64,000 bases of DNA. Source: Somniosus microcephalus. Its lineage: Eukaryota. Shown one piece after another: positions 25,341-38,590 of this stretch. Made by a program: the position numbers and the translations under genes. The stretch covers positions 23,808,001-23,872,000 of the forward strand of contig CM126229.1 in assembly GCA_052327205.1 (NCBI GenBank), in the 5' to 3' direction. Each line of letters starts with the position of its first letter. Position 1 is the stretch's first letter. The notes below the pieces were generated by a model, which was given only the letters and a program-made list of their open reading frames with translations, ran no database searches and was not told the DNA's origin.

Positions 25341-27172
25341 ATGTTGTGTTCTTCCTGAGTGCTGTTTTGGTGTTACACTCAAGTGATGTTCCCTGGATCT
25401 ATTGAATCTCTGTCTCATTCTGTTTATTTTTCCTCTGAGTCACATGGTTATCTTATCCATTGTGTTCCCACATAGAGGAAAAGATGAGTTCATGGTCGGT
25501 TTTTCAACCCTAGGATGTAATTTACTGCCCCAATACCGGTGCACCTCAGGCACAGGGATTGCTCCCTGCATGCTCAACAATGGATGCGCCTGAATTGCAA
25601 GGCCTTTGTTTTCCAGAAATTCTGATTTCTAAAAAGCGCACTTTTTTTTTGTATATTATCAATAGGACTTGCATCATTTGTCTCTTTCTTGCAAAGAAAA
25701 CGGGCTGGTTTTCTTTGCAAGAAAGAGACAAATGATGATGCAAATGATGACCAAGTTTTTTTGCCTTGATGAAAGTAATGTTGACTTGAAGAACCCACAA
25801 GAGTAAACTTTAAAAGTATCAATTTAGATTTTTCTTTTTGCTAAATACTGAAAATCTTAGAACTTCTTTTCAGCAGAGAGAAACAGAAGGTGGGAGAGGA
25901 GGGGGAAACAGGAGGGGAATACCAGAAAGCCATAGTGTTCTCCTGCATAGGGGGAGAAATACTTTGGAAACGCAGAGCTGCACTGACGCATGAAATAGCT
26001 GCTTGTTTCAATTAAATTCCAACCGGGGGAAGAACAGGAATGGAAGGGAGTGTGGAGGGGAAACTGAGGTGGGGGAAGAGTAGGCCCTTTTTTCTACTGG
26101 GTTGCGGGGGGGAGAGAGAATTTCAATTGTGAGCCCTGACTCAATTAGTTTAAAACCCATTGGCTTCACTGATTAGGATCCATCAAAATCAAAACACTGC
26201 TGCTACACCTGTGCCTACTTCTGGGGCCAGTATGTAAAGGGTTTCGCTGTATCCTACCTGCATGGTAGTGTCGAAATCTCGACTCTCAGACTCTGAAACG
26301 ATCAGCTCCGGTAGATGTTCTTTTATTAAACTTTTACTTGCGGCAAGGAGAGCGTCCCGCTCAGTCAAAGGCTAAGTAGAGACTCTCTCCAGAAGTACAG
26401 ATCAATAACACATTTATACAGTAAAGTAAACAGGTTATGGTTTCATCATGTGTCTTTCAAGTCAGACAAAGGGACAACGAGTTCTTCAATCCTTATCTAA
26501 GTTTCTACATATTTCTAAAGTCTGGCGTAGTGAAAGACTATTGATAATACAATGGGTAGTTATTCTAGACTATTTAATTAAGACTATCAGTACTGTTTGG
26601 AATGTAGATACTTCATACAGTATGTTTCTTCTGTTATCTGGTGGTCAAGCCTCTGGCCAGGTGGCTTAAGTAAGGTTCCCTTTACTCATGTAAATGGTCT
26701 TTGTTTACAACGCAGATAAGCAACTGTTCTCAGTGTTTAGTCAAGGTTAACATGTTTAAGGAAGGAATAGAGGACATTTCTGCAGAGGTTTCTGGGAGGA
26801 CCAGGACTCCATTTTGTTTGTCAAAAAGGGGCACATGTAACTATATTCAGCTTTAAAAAGGTACATTTCCACAGTAGCTACATGGATTAACTTGCAGGGT
26901 TTTACCAAACATCTAAATCTTGACAGTATGCGCAGTGCATTTATTCTCCTGCCCCAAGACTGCATGTTCAGTGGCATCACCAACCACTTCTCTGCTTTGT
27001 GTATTATATGATGCATATTTTGGGGGAAACAGTACGTGCCTTTCACTTGGGGGGAGCAAGAGCTGGCAGGTAAGAGAAGGAAATCAATCTAGCCAATTTG
27101 AAACTGATTGATTAATGGTGGAAAGGGGATAATCTAGTTCTTGGTCAGTAACTCTGTAGTTTTTTTGTGCAG

Positions 27173-27310
27173 ATCGTTCAGCAGATCATTGAAGAGCGCA
27201 TCAGCTCCATGCAGAGTGGTGTTTTCGACAAGAAGCTGGCAGAGCTGAAAAACCGAGTAGAAAAAATTGAATGCAACACGAGGCATGAATCTTTAATCAG
27301 TGGCTTACAG
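27173..27310 (+). CDS. ATF7IP: ATF7IP exon (SETDB1-binding coiled coil), GC donor
   Basis: ttttttgtgcag|27173; IVQQIIEERISSMQSGVFDKKLAELKNRVEKIECNTRHESLISGLQ resembles mammalian VFDKTLAELKTRVEKIECNKRH; donor cag|GCAAGT; phase 0-0. Confidence 0.93.
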
Positions 27311-28238
27311 GCAAGTACCAGAATCGACAGCTTTCTTCAATGTAAAGGGTAGAAATACTTTGGAACAGCACTGTCACTCCCCACTCCTTATGCCCTTGTG
27401 AATGAACAATCATGGCATGGTAATCTTGTTGAAATGGTTATTGTGGCATTCGCCAAAGAACGTGTGTTTGCCTCAAATATTCACTATTATCTTGTGTTGT
27501 GCCTTTGAGCTTAAGGAACAACTTTAGAGTATTGGGTCCTAGATTCCAGTTAAGCAGATTGTTAGCATTGACCAGCGGAGTTTTTTCTATAGTCCAATTT
27601 CCCAGTTTAAATATACAATAATAGTTGACTTGCTGGCTCAAAACGTAATTGCACGTTGAAATAAGATGGAGTGCCATTGTCCCGTCAGCTGAAATACTGT
27701 AACTGCTGAATTGTAGCCATGTGTTCATTAACTTAAGTTTTTGAAGGAACAAAAATGACATCACAATAAATGCAATTGCGGAAGATTTAAAGCTCACAAC
27801 CTTATCACTGTTGAAGGATGTGGTTTTCCAGCTACATTTGGCTGCAGGGAGGAAGCGAGAGCAAATCGACCTGTGCTAAATTTCTCTGCTTCCAAGTTGT
27901 TAGGCAGATGCCTATGTTGCGATTGAGGTTTGCTGTTTTCTCTTGCAGCCGTTGTGCAGCACTTTCTGTGAGCAGAACTTGCCCCCCCGAGCTTGCTCAC
28001 TTAAATAATCTTAAAATGAAATGTTAAAATCTTGAAATGCACACAATTTACAATACAATGACCTAAGAATATCCACCATAAAATACTGATGTGGAACTTC
28101 AGCATTGACATTTGCTTGCTCTGTTGTGACGGCCCCAGAATCAGACATGCTCAGCAACTGTCTCCCAAGCCATGCATAAAATCACCAGACGGAAACACCA
28201 GCCATTACAGAAAATCTTAACAGGCGCTATCTTAACCT

Positions 28239-30498
28239 CATAGAAACATAGAAGATAGGAGCAGGAGTAGGCCATTCGGCCCCTCGAGCCTGCTCCGCCA
28301 TTCAATGAGATCATGGCTGATCATCCAAATTCAGTACCCTGTCCCTGCTTTCTCCCCATATCCCTTGATCCCTTTAGCCTTAAGAAATATATCCAACTCC
28401 TTCTTGAATATATTTAATGAACTGGCCTCCACCGCCTTCTGTGGTAGAGAGTGCCACAGGTTCACCACTCTCTGGGTGAAGAAATTCCTCCTCATTTCTG
28501 TCCTAAATGGCCTACCCTTTATCCTTAGACTGTGACCCCTGGTTCTGGACTCCCCGACCACGGGAACATTCTTCCTGTATCTAGTCTGTCTAGTCCTGTT
28601 AGAATTTTATAAGTTTCAATGAGATCACCTCTCATTCTTCTAAACTCCAGCGAGTACAAGCCCAATCGACCCACTCTCTCCTCGTACGTCATTCCTGCCA
28701 TCCCAGGTATCAGTCTGGTGAATCTTCGCTGAACTCCTTCCATGGCAAGAACATCCTTCCTCAGATAAGGCGACCAAAACTGCACACAATACTCAAGGTG
28801 TGGTCTCACCAAGGCCCTGTACAACTGCAGCAAGACATCCTTGTTCCTGTACTCAAACCCTCTTGCTACGAAGGCCAACATACCATTTACTTTCTTAACC
28901 GCCTGCTGCACCTGCATGCTTACCTTCAGCAACTGGTGCACAAGGACACCCAGGTCTCGTTGCACTTCCCCTTCTCCCAATCTATTGCCATTCAGATAAT
29001 CTGCCTTCCTGTTTTTGCCACCAAAGTGGATAACCTCACATTTATCCACGTTATATTGCATCTGCCATGTTTCTGCCCAATCACCCAACATGTCCAAATC
29101 ATCCTGGAGTTTCTCGACATCCTCCTCCCAGCACACACGCCCACCCAGCTTTGTGTCGTCTGCAAATTTGGAGATATTACATCTAGTTGCCTTGTCCAGA
29201 TCATATATATATATATATATACTAGCTGGGGAGCCCCGCGTTGCGAGGGCAATTTTGGGGCGCTTGGTCTCCCTGCCCCTGTGTGTCCCCCCTCTCCCTG
29301 TCATGTCCTCTCCCTGTCCTATCCCTCCCCTCCCCTCTCCTCTCCCTGTCCTATCCCTCCCCTCCCCTCCCCCTCCCTCCCCTCCTCCTCCCTCCCTCCC
29401 CTCTCCTGTCTCCCTCCCCTCCCCCACTCCCCTCTGTCCCTCTCTCCGGCCCCTCCCCCTGCCTAGCGCCTGAGATCCGGAGCTGAGGTCCCCCGCATAT
29501 CGCGCGACTGATGGACGGTCGCTGTGGGCGGGCGGGCGGCACTCCCCCCCCCCCCCCCCCCGCGATTTCCCGAGGCGCTCCCCCCCCCCCCCCCCCCCCC
29601 CCCGCGCGATTTCCCGAGGCCCCCCCCCCCCCCCCCCGCGATTTCCCGAGGCTCTCCCCCCCCCCCCCCCCCTATTAAATTGTTATTTAATTCCCTAACA
29701 CATCATTAAAATATTTACCTTAGTTCCCTAACACAGAAAGTGTGGGGGAAAAAATTGTGAAAAATCAAGATGGCGGCCACTCACCTCGGTTCAGAAGGAT
29801 AAGGCCCGCCCACACACGGACCGATTGGTCGACCGGTCAGGTCACCGAAGCGTAGGATTGGTCAATCGTCGAGTCACTCGACACTCAACTGTAGGATGGC
29901 ACGCGCCCGTCCGATTGGTCGACCTCGACGTCACACGGTCGCTAATGAGATGCTAATGAGCGGAACGCTGAACGTTTTTCGGATACTGCGGGCGGGATTT
30001 TTGTCCGGCCGAAACGTAAATACGCCTATGACCGGTCATATATATTATATATATATGTGTAAATAGCTGGGGTCCAAGGACCGATCCCTGCGGTACCCCA
30101 CTAGTCACTGCCTGCCATTTGGAAAAAGACCTGTTTATTCCAACTCTTTGCTTTCTGTCCGCCAACCAGTTCTCTATCCAAGTCAATACCTTGCCCCCAA
30201 TCCCATGTGCCTTAACTTTACATGCTAATCTCTTATGTGGGACCTTATCGAAGGCCTTCTGAAAGTCCAGATACACCACATCCACTGGTTCTCTCTTATC
30301 TATTTTACCAGTTACATCCTCAAAAAATTCCAGTAGATTAGTCAAGCACGATTTACCTTTTGTAAATCCATGTTGACTTTGTCCGATCCTGTCACTGTTT
30401 TCCAAGTGCTCTGCTATTACATCTTTTATAATGGACTCTAGCATTTTCCCCACTACCGATGTCGGGCTTACCGGTCTGTAATTCCCCGTTTTCTCCCT
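28239..30498 (-). mobile_element. CR1 LINE split by a Helitron insertion
   Basis: ORF halves GNYRPVS...GVPQGSVLGPQLFT (30040-30498) and DLD...KFADDTK...RPHLEYCVQFWSP (28239-29203); very similar to 6243-7573. Confidence 0.93.
29222..30040 (-). mobile_element. Non-autonomous Helitron, copy 3 (5' ~110 bp missing)
   Basis: Reverse complement of the copy 2 type; CTAG at 29222-29225 with hairpin; flanked by (TA)n inside the CR1 RT. Confidence 0.8.
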
Positions 30499-31768
30499 CA
30501 TCACTTGTCTGCTGCTCTTTGGGTGTTACGATGATGTACAAACATCTGGTACCCGTGCACCAGACTGGTTCAAATTTCATATTCATAAAACATCAAGTCC
30601 CAACATACGTATCAGTAAGCAAGAATGAAAAGCATCAATCATTCACTTTAAAGAAAGAAATAAAATCCTTAAACTGGCAGTTAACAACATCTAGCAATAT
30701 AATAAAACAAACCAATCAGATCACTCAATATTGTTTTGAATTATTTCCAATTGACCTTCCTCTTAGGTTCACAACAGATACAAAGGATTCTAATATAAGG
30801 GAAACATTATTTTCTATTTCCTTACTCACCTTGTGATGGTGATAAAGGCATATTTTTACAAAACACAATTCACTGAAAATTTCATTAGTGATATTCTCTC
30901 CTCGTAGAACAATCCATCATCTGACTTGCCATGAATAATGCCACACCAGGTCTAGTATTTGAAATCCTAGATTGAAAATTATTTCAATTTCTAACGCCAT
31001 AAAAACAGGGGAATGCTAATTAATATGACTCTTGAATGATTTGATGGGGGTGTAGCATAATGTCCATTAATGCCAATGAAAGTGGTATCGAACATCTAAC
31101 CAGCAAACCTGCCATCTAGTCAGTGTACAGTATGCCTCTCAATGCGGCCAATTGCCTATTGTTTGTTCAGCCATGAGTATAAGCAGTTGTCCTGTCGGGC
31201 AGTAAGTTAAGATTTAATGACTCTTCTGCTACCTGCTGTGACCTATAACTCGATGAGCCAGTGAGTGAGAGGCAGCATCCCGAAGGATGTGTGCTTGTGT
31301 CTATATCATTATACGATTAATCAGAAAATGCAGCAGACATTGAGGGTACAGATGGAAAGAAAGAACAAACTTGCATTCATTTAGGGTCGTTCACGTCCTC
31401 GGGACGTCCCAATTAGTTACTTTTGAAGTGGCGTGTTCCCTAATATAGGGAAACATGGCAACCAATTTGCACACAGTAAGGTTCCACAAACAGCCATGAG
31501 ATAAATTACCAAAGAACCTATTTTAGTGATGTTGGTTACACTTGAAGCTTTTACCTTTCTTTCAGATGCCAAGTGTCCTGTGCATTTTCTGTTTGGTTTC
31601 AAATTTCCAACATTTAGAGTTTTTACTTTTAACACAACACAATCAGTAACCATGTTACACCCAGAATAATACTTGGACACTTGGCCTGGGTGCATGGGAC
31701 CACTGGGGTTAGTTTGTTGTATGATTCCGTTTTTTTCTTAAATTACTGTGCTCTTTCGTTTTCTGCAG

Positions 31769-31849
31769 GCAAAACTAATACAGATAGAGAAGAGGCTAGG
31801 ATCAGCAAATCAAGCTCGCAATGATCCTGCCTTGAAGAAAGCACAAGAG
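31769..31849 (+). CDS. ATF7IP: ATF7IP exon (end of coiled coil)
   Basis: ttttctgcag|31769; AKLIQIEKRLGSANQARNDPALKKAQE resembles mammalian AKIARLTKRF...LKKRHE; donor gtaggt; phase 0-0. Confidence 0.88.
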
Positions 31850-34621
31850 GTAGGTACCAAATGGGACTATTGCTTAATTGCTTAGGAAATATAATGTGCT
31901 TGGGCCTTATCATGACCCTGTAGTATACCAGTAGTGGCTCAGTACCCTTCTGGATGCAGCGAGGGTGAACTTAAAATCTCCAGAAATTAACCCTCACCTC
32001 TATTATTTTTTCCATTTCTGTAAGGGTATTAGGATATCGAAGTTAGATCCTGCAAATCTAAATGATTCAAACAGTATTGCTTCAAGCATCTACACTTGTA
32101 TGCATCCATACTCTGCCAGCTCAAATATAAACTTCTCGTCTTGTAATCATCTTCTCTGTATGCTTACAAATTAACTCAAATTACCTGCTTTACTCTCACT
32201 CGCACAGATACTATCTCAGTAGTTTCAATCCTTGGCAGGAACTCAAACACTCCCAGTACAAGAATAACCCTCACTGCAGCTCAAAATATACCTTGTGGGT
32301 TCTCTCGCTGCGATTTGGCATGCATGTACTTTCTGAGGAATGTTAAATATTTCTGGGTACTGTAAATTATAGAGCAGGAGACAGGAATGAAAGTAAGACA
32401 CATAAACATGGCTTGGAAATAACAAAAATGGAAAAGACAGCAATTTTCAATTGGAAGTTTTGCTTAGGAGATGTAACTTTAAAAACACTCTTTTTAAAGC
32501 CCATTTTTACCTTTTCAGAAACCTAGTGGGTCTTTGCAGATTCCAATATAGTAGAAATATTATTTATTTGTGAATGCGCAAGTGCTACTACATTAAACAG
32601 TGGGGGGAAAAATTCTAAATACAAACTATATAAAGTAGGGAGATAAACTATAAGTCAATAATGTCAAGGGCCTAAGTAGCCCCCATGCATGTGTTAGCCA
32701 TTCAGTGGCCTTGGGGTCAACACTGTGGAGTCTGGAAAGTCCTCCTGGTCGACCAGCATGAACAAGCAGTCATTCAGTGGATGTGCAGCCTCCTCCACTG
32801 CACCACAGCTTCACAGAGGGCTGTTCCCGAGTCCCCAGGTGTGGTCATTTGCCGCACACCTTGTCACATCTAACATGGTTAAGCTTACACCACTGATGAC
32901 GTGGCAGCTTGCAGCAATGTAGTCTCTCCTCCGCTGGATACTGGAAGTAAACATGCACTTCAAACAGTAATCCATTGTGCTTTCGAGAAGTTTTGATTTT
33001 AAGGGAGTCATTATATACGTGAAATTATTACAGGATTGTTGCAGCTGACCGCTCCTCCTTTTGTATAAATTGGCGTTCAGACTGTTATTAGCTGTTGCCC
33101 CATTTTGTGTACAGTTATTTTATCCTGTATATTAAGAGTCAAAAATGAAATGTTGGTGTAAGTTGATGCCTTCACATAGGAGCTGCTTGAGCCGACCCAG
33201 TAACCTATTTGAACAAAAACAAAGTGATTGTTCCAGTAAAAGAAGCTACAGACATGCTCTTGCTCTCGGCCGGGAGAGGAATAAAGGCCTAAAGCAAAGC
33301 CATGGTTTTCTCCGAGCACATCGGCATGTTACTCCCGACCTAGAGTTTAAACTTGCACTATCCCAACTATGCAAGGAAATAAAATTGGACAAAAGTCAGA
33401 TTTCTATATAGTCTTGATATGTGTCACCGTTTAATGCAAGATTGCTATAAACGTGCCTTCCTCCCTCTGCCCCCTTTCTCCCATGGTTAGAAATGAGGAA
33501 AGGGTTTTGTCGATGCTGAAAATGTACAAATCCATAAATTAATTTTCCCATTTGGTGCTGGTGCACATGGAACACTGTATATGTAAACAAAATAGCTCAA
33601 TAAAAGATGTTGATTTGGCTAATGTCCATCGGATCTCTTAAGATCAATATTTGGAAGAGGTTAATTTGCAGTGATGCACAAGCAAAGATTCAGTGGAATT
33701 TTAGCAGACTTTCCCCCCCCCCCCCCCGCTGGTATACTTTTGAGGCTGCTGCAGGGAACTAGTGTTTCAGTACCACGGTAGACTGGTGGCGTCCTTCTAC
33801 CGTGAATCACTGTTGACTGCGAGTTCATTGTAAAACTAATAGTTCTGAGAGATTCCAATGACTATGTAAAGTCTGTCAGGATCCTGAAATTGTATTGCAG
33901 CTTGTAAGGTGTTTCTCTTCACTGTTTTCAGCATACATGGATGCCCATGGTGATTTGCTTATTTCGCCAGGAAGTATTGTTTGATGTATATGTTGTATAA
34001 GTCAGTGATGTACATAACTTAACGGTTGGCTGTTTCACGAGTTCCCCTCCTGTTTTTACACTCCAAGCTAAGGCTTGCTGTTCAGTTCCTATCTCCCAGT
34101 TCCACATGTTACCTTTTAGGTTCCATTCAGCCGAGGAGAAAGGGGAAGAATGTGATGAAAGGGCCGGTTGTACAAGTTGTTTTGCTTGTAGTTTTTAAAT
34201 GGTTTCTATCTTGTATTTGTTGGATTGCTGTAAGGTTTCACTAGCAATGTTGATCTGTTACGTTATTGCAGAGCTTTCAGCTTCTGGCTGAGGAAACCTT
34301 TTTGCAACTTGGGGACTTTAGTGCACTAGTTATCCTGCAGGCATTGGGGTGGGTCCAAATTCTTAACAGCTGCAGAACCTGCACAGAGATTCTGAATGTG
34401 AAGTGAACCATTTTAAAAAATTCAAAATATTTTATTTCTACAACAGACCATATTTATTTTGATGATTTATAAAACTGAAACCTCCTCTTCTGTCCAAACT
34501 AGATAAGAGAATGTAGAGAATAAGTAGTGGTTGTGCCAATGATAAATGTCAAAGTATGCATTCATTGAAAGATTATTCATTGACTGGATATAACTTATAG
34601 AAGGTTAATGCTAAGTCAAAC

Positions 34622-35010
34622 ATTATACAGCACCTCATCTTTCGATTAGGCACTTTACAGCCTTCTCGACTCAACATTGAGTTCAACAATTTCAGACTAT
34701 AACCCCCCATTTTTTCAGGCGGCAGCTGTTGATGATTCTGCCATCCCCATTTGCAACATTTAATCTCTCCTGAGTTCAATCCAAGCATAGACTGTCCCTT
34801 TAGTTCCTTCCTCCCCTCCAACCCCCCTTTCCCTGCCTCTGCACCTGCTTAAAACCCGTTACATCTTCAACTTTTACCAGTTCTGATGAAGGGTCCCAGA
34901 CCTGAAACGTTAACTCTGTTTCTCTCTCCATGGATGCTGCCTGGCCTGCTGAGTGTTTCCAGCATTTTCGGCTGTTGTTTCAGATTGTCAGCATCTGCAG
35001 TATTTTGCTA
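34622..35010 (+). mobile_element. Penelope-like element 3' fragment
   Basis: QHLIFRLGTLQPSRLNIEFNNFR (same as the end of ORF 61786-62526), followed by 3' UTR. Confidence 0.8.
34879..34915 (+). ncRNA. Minimal hammerhead ribozyme core, sense to ATF7IP pre-mRNA
   Basis: AGTT-CTGATGA-AGGGTC-CCA-GACCT-GAAA-CGTT-AACT: intact core, stem I AGTT/AACT, stem II with one bulge, palindromic AACGTT. Confidence 0.65.
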
Positions 35011-37302
35011 TTGTATTATTATTAAAACCTTCACAGCCTTCCATAACCTCGAATTATTTTCAACCTTCTGGAGTATGCTATTTGCATAACAACAGTGCCG
35101 AAATGTTTTTATGCACAGTTGCTGTTGTGTGGGTAAGGTCCGTGCAGGTAGCGATGAATCCAGCTGACTACTGGGCCCATGGAGCGGGATAAGTCGTAAG
35201 CCTACTTCAGCAATCCTGTTTTGGGGTTGATACCTCTCCGTGATAAATGCACTGCTCATTGCATGAAAGTTGGAGCTAGTAAAGCATTGCACCGAAGTTG
35301 AAGACTACCTGTGTAGGAGACGCTCATTGATCAGAGTTGCTTGAAAAAGAGGAACGTTAAAGGCTGAGAAGCAAGCAGGAGTTGGCATTCGACGAGGGGG
35401 GGAATGGGCAGATTTCATGGTCAATTGGCCTGTTTTTGTGCTGGAACATTGATCGATTGTAAGGAGCTGTGGAAATGTACAAAAACTGTTGTACCCATCT
35501 GCCATGCTGGAGACATTTAACAGCAACTCCCTCATCACCAGCACAGCATGTTCGCTCGGAACGCTGGCCCCCTTTACTAGGGCAGCCAAGCAACTTGCTC
35601 AGTTTGCGGCATCTGCAACGATGCATGCAAGGGGAAGCTAGATAAGTACATGAGGGAGAAAGGAATAGAAGGATATGCTGATAGGAGAAGGTGAAGTAAA
35701 GAGGGGGGCTCGTGTGGAGCATAAACACCGGCATAGACCGGGTTGGGCCGAATGACCCGTTTCTGTACTATAAATTCTATGTGATAGGCTCGGAAATTGC
35801 TGCGATATAGTACTAGGTGTGAGTGAATTACTTGCTCTTACATGGGACGTGCTGGATGCATGTAGATGGGTATGGGAGTTCTTCATGACACAATCTTCAA
35901 CTACCACCGAAGTATGACATTGTTGAACGCCCCCAACCCCACAATATTTACACAATTACAACAGGCCCTCTTAACTTTTGTAACCTCTATTTTATGTTCA
36001 GAAAATTTACTAATTTTTGTAAATGTTTTGCAGCTTTAGCGGTCTCCAGGAATAAGGATGGGTAAAACATTTTGATAACGTGCATTGCTGCAACAACAGT
36101 CGAGGTCTACACACCCTTTTTCAGAATTACAGCAATCCATTGGCCTGGTGAGGGGTGGAAATCTAATGTGCACTAACACTGGGTTCCTGCTGGTGGTGCT
36201 GTTAGTTTTAGAGGCATTGTTGCTCCCAATAGTGCCATCAATAGGCACCTGCGAGTTACTACAGCAGCAGCGCATGAAGATAAGTTTCTCAAATCATTTA
36301 TTCTGTGTGCCCATTAATTACAGGCACAATGATCTGCTCAGCAGATGAAAGACAAAGTGTTGGGGGAAGGAGAGAAAAGCATACTCTTTCACTTCCCCCT
36401 CCCCCCTTCCGTAATCAGCATTTAGTTAATGCAAAAAGGCTTTTTAATTTTAAAAAAATACACTCCTACCTTGCTGGAGATGAACTATTGTTGACTGGTA
36501 TTGTATTCTGTAACTCTGCACCAGCTGATTACTGCTGCGTACTTGGCTGGCATTCTTTTGGCTCAGAAGCCTCCTGATTGACATTTGGAAGGGGGTGGTT
36601 GAATACAGACTTACAGGATTTCGATTAGAGGTGCTTCCAGACAATCCTGTTCACCAACTTCAGCTGAGCAGCTCTCCGGCTGAGTGTGGAGACTCAAAAT
36701 GATGGGTGTTTGTCAGAAGATGAAATCCCTTCAATAGTGTGCTTTTTAACCTTTATACCTCAATATCAGTGGGGGAGCAGAGGAAGTACTTTATATTGAA
36801 AGTATTGCCCTACAGTTTTTTCCATTAAACACGTGTTGTAGGACTCATTTCTATTTGTAGTATGTTCTGGCTCTAACAGGAACACAACCGTGGCCCAGGC
36901 CCAGGCCCAGGCCCAGGTTACGTTTTTTTTTTAACAACTTTAATTTTAGTCGGATGTTGCAACTTGGTCCCGTGTGTCTTCACTATTTGACACACGATAA
37001 TTTACTCAGTTTATTTTATACTAATTGCCAGTGAACTGTCGGATTCGAGCTTTTAGTAGCCATTGGGTGTATTTGTTGGCATGCTGTTGCTGTTGATTTG
37101 TGAAGGTAGCTGGGGGGGGGGGGTGGGGGGAGAAACGATGAGGATTGGGAAAACTTGTATTGTGCTGAAATTTTAGTGTGTGAGTGAGATTGGAAAGTGA
37201 TGCAAGAGGGGAAGAAAATTGTGAACTTTTTTGGAAACCTCAGAAGGATAAAAATATTACATTAAAGGATCAGCACTTGGTGGAGGCATAAATTAGGACT
37301 GT

Positions 37303-38590
37303 TGTATGGGCCCAGGGTTCACAGCCCATTGCCCAGCACCATTCTGTATGGGCTCGGGGTTCACAGCCCATTGCCCAGCACCATTCTGTATGGGCTCGGG
37401 GTTCACAGCCCATTGCCCAGCACCATTCTGTATGGGCCCGGGGTTCACAGCCCATTGCCCAGCACCATTCTGTATGGGCTCGGGTTCACAGCCCATTGCC
37501 CAGCACCATTCTGTATGGGCCCGGGGTTCACAGCCCATTGCCCAGCACCATTCTGTATGGGCCCAGGGTTCACAGCCCATTGCCCAGCACCATTCTGTAT
37601 GGGCCCGGGGTTCACAGCCCATTGCCCAGCACCATTCTGTATGGGCCCAGGGTTCACAGCCCATTGCCCAGCACCATTCTGTATGAGCTCGGGGTTCACA
37701 GCCCATTGCCCAGCACCATTCTGTATGGGCCCGGGGTTCACAGCCCATTGCCCAGCACCATTCTGTATGGACTCAGGGCTCACAGCCCACTGCCCAGCAC
37801 CATTCTGTATGGGCTCAGGGTTCACAGCCCATTGCCCAGCACCATTCTGTATGGGCTCAATAATCACGCCCATTGCCCAGCACCATTCTGTATGGGCCCA
37901 GGGTTCACAGCCCATTGCCCAGCACCATTCTGTATGGGCTCAATAATCACGCCCATTGCCCAGCACCATTCTGTATGGGCTCAGGGTTCACAGCCCATTG
38001 CCCAGCACCATTCTGTATGGGCTCAATAATCACGCCCATTGCCCAGCACCATTCTGTATGGGCTCAATAATCACGCCCATTGCCCAGCACCATTCTGTAT
38101 GGGGCCCGGGGTTCACAGCCCATTGCCCAGCACCATTCTGTATGGGCTCAATAATCACGCCCATTGCCCAGCACCATTCTGTATGGGCTCAGGGTTCACA
38201 GCCCATTGCCCAGCACCATTCTGTATGGGCCCGGGGTTCACAGCCCATTGCCCAGCACCATTCTGTATGGGCCCGGGGTTCACGGCCCATTGCCCAGCAC
38301 CATTCTGTATGGGCTCAGGGTTCACAGCCCATTGCCCAGCACCATTCTGTATGGACTCAGGGCTCACAGCCCATTGCCCAGCACCATTCTGTATGGGCCC
38401 GGGGTTCACAGCCCATTGCCCAGCACCATTCTGTATGGGCTCAGGGTTCACAGCCCACTGCCCAGCACCATTCTGTATGGGTCCGGGGTTCACAGCCCAT
38501 TGCCCAGCACCATTCTGTATGGGCTCGGGGTTCACAACCCATTGCCCAGCACCATTCTGTATGGGCTCAGTAATCACGCCCACTGCCCAG
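37303..38590. repeat. 42-bp minisatellite (~31 units) with interspersed 41-bp variant
   Basis: Unit ctgtatgggcccggggttcacagcccattgcccagcaccatt; variant ctgtatgggctcaataatcacgcccattgcccagcaccatt. Confidence 0.97.

Noticed and set aside
26294-26752. Possible solo LTR (TG...CA, minus-strand AATAAA and TATA-like motif)
   Set aside because: No matching target-site duplication found and no second copy in the window.
29941-29962. TAATGARAT/octamer-like motif in the Helitron
   Set aside because: A short motif generated by an internal 11-bp duplication; no evidence of function.
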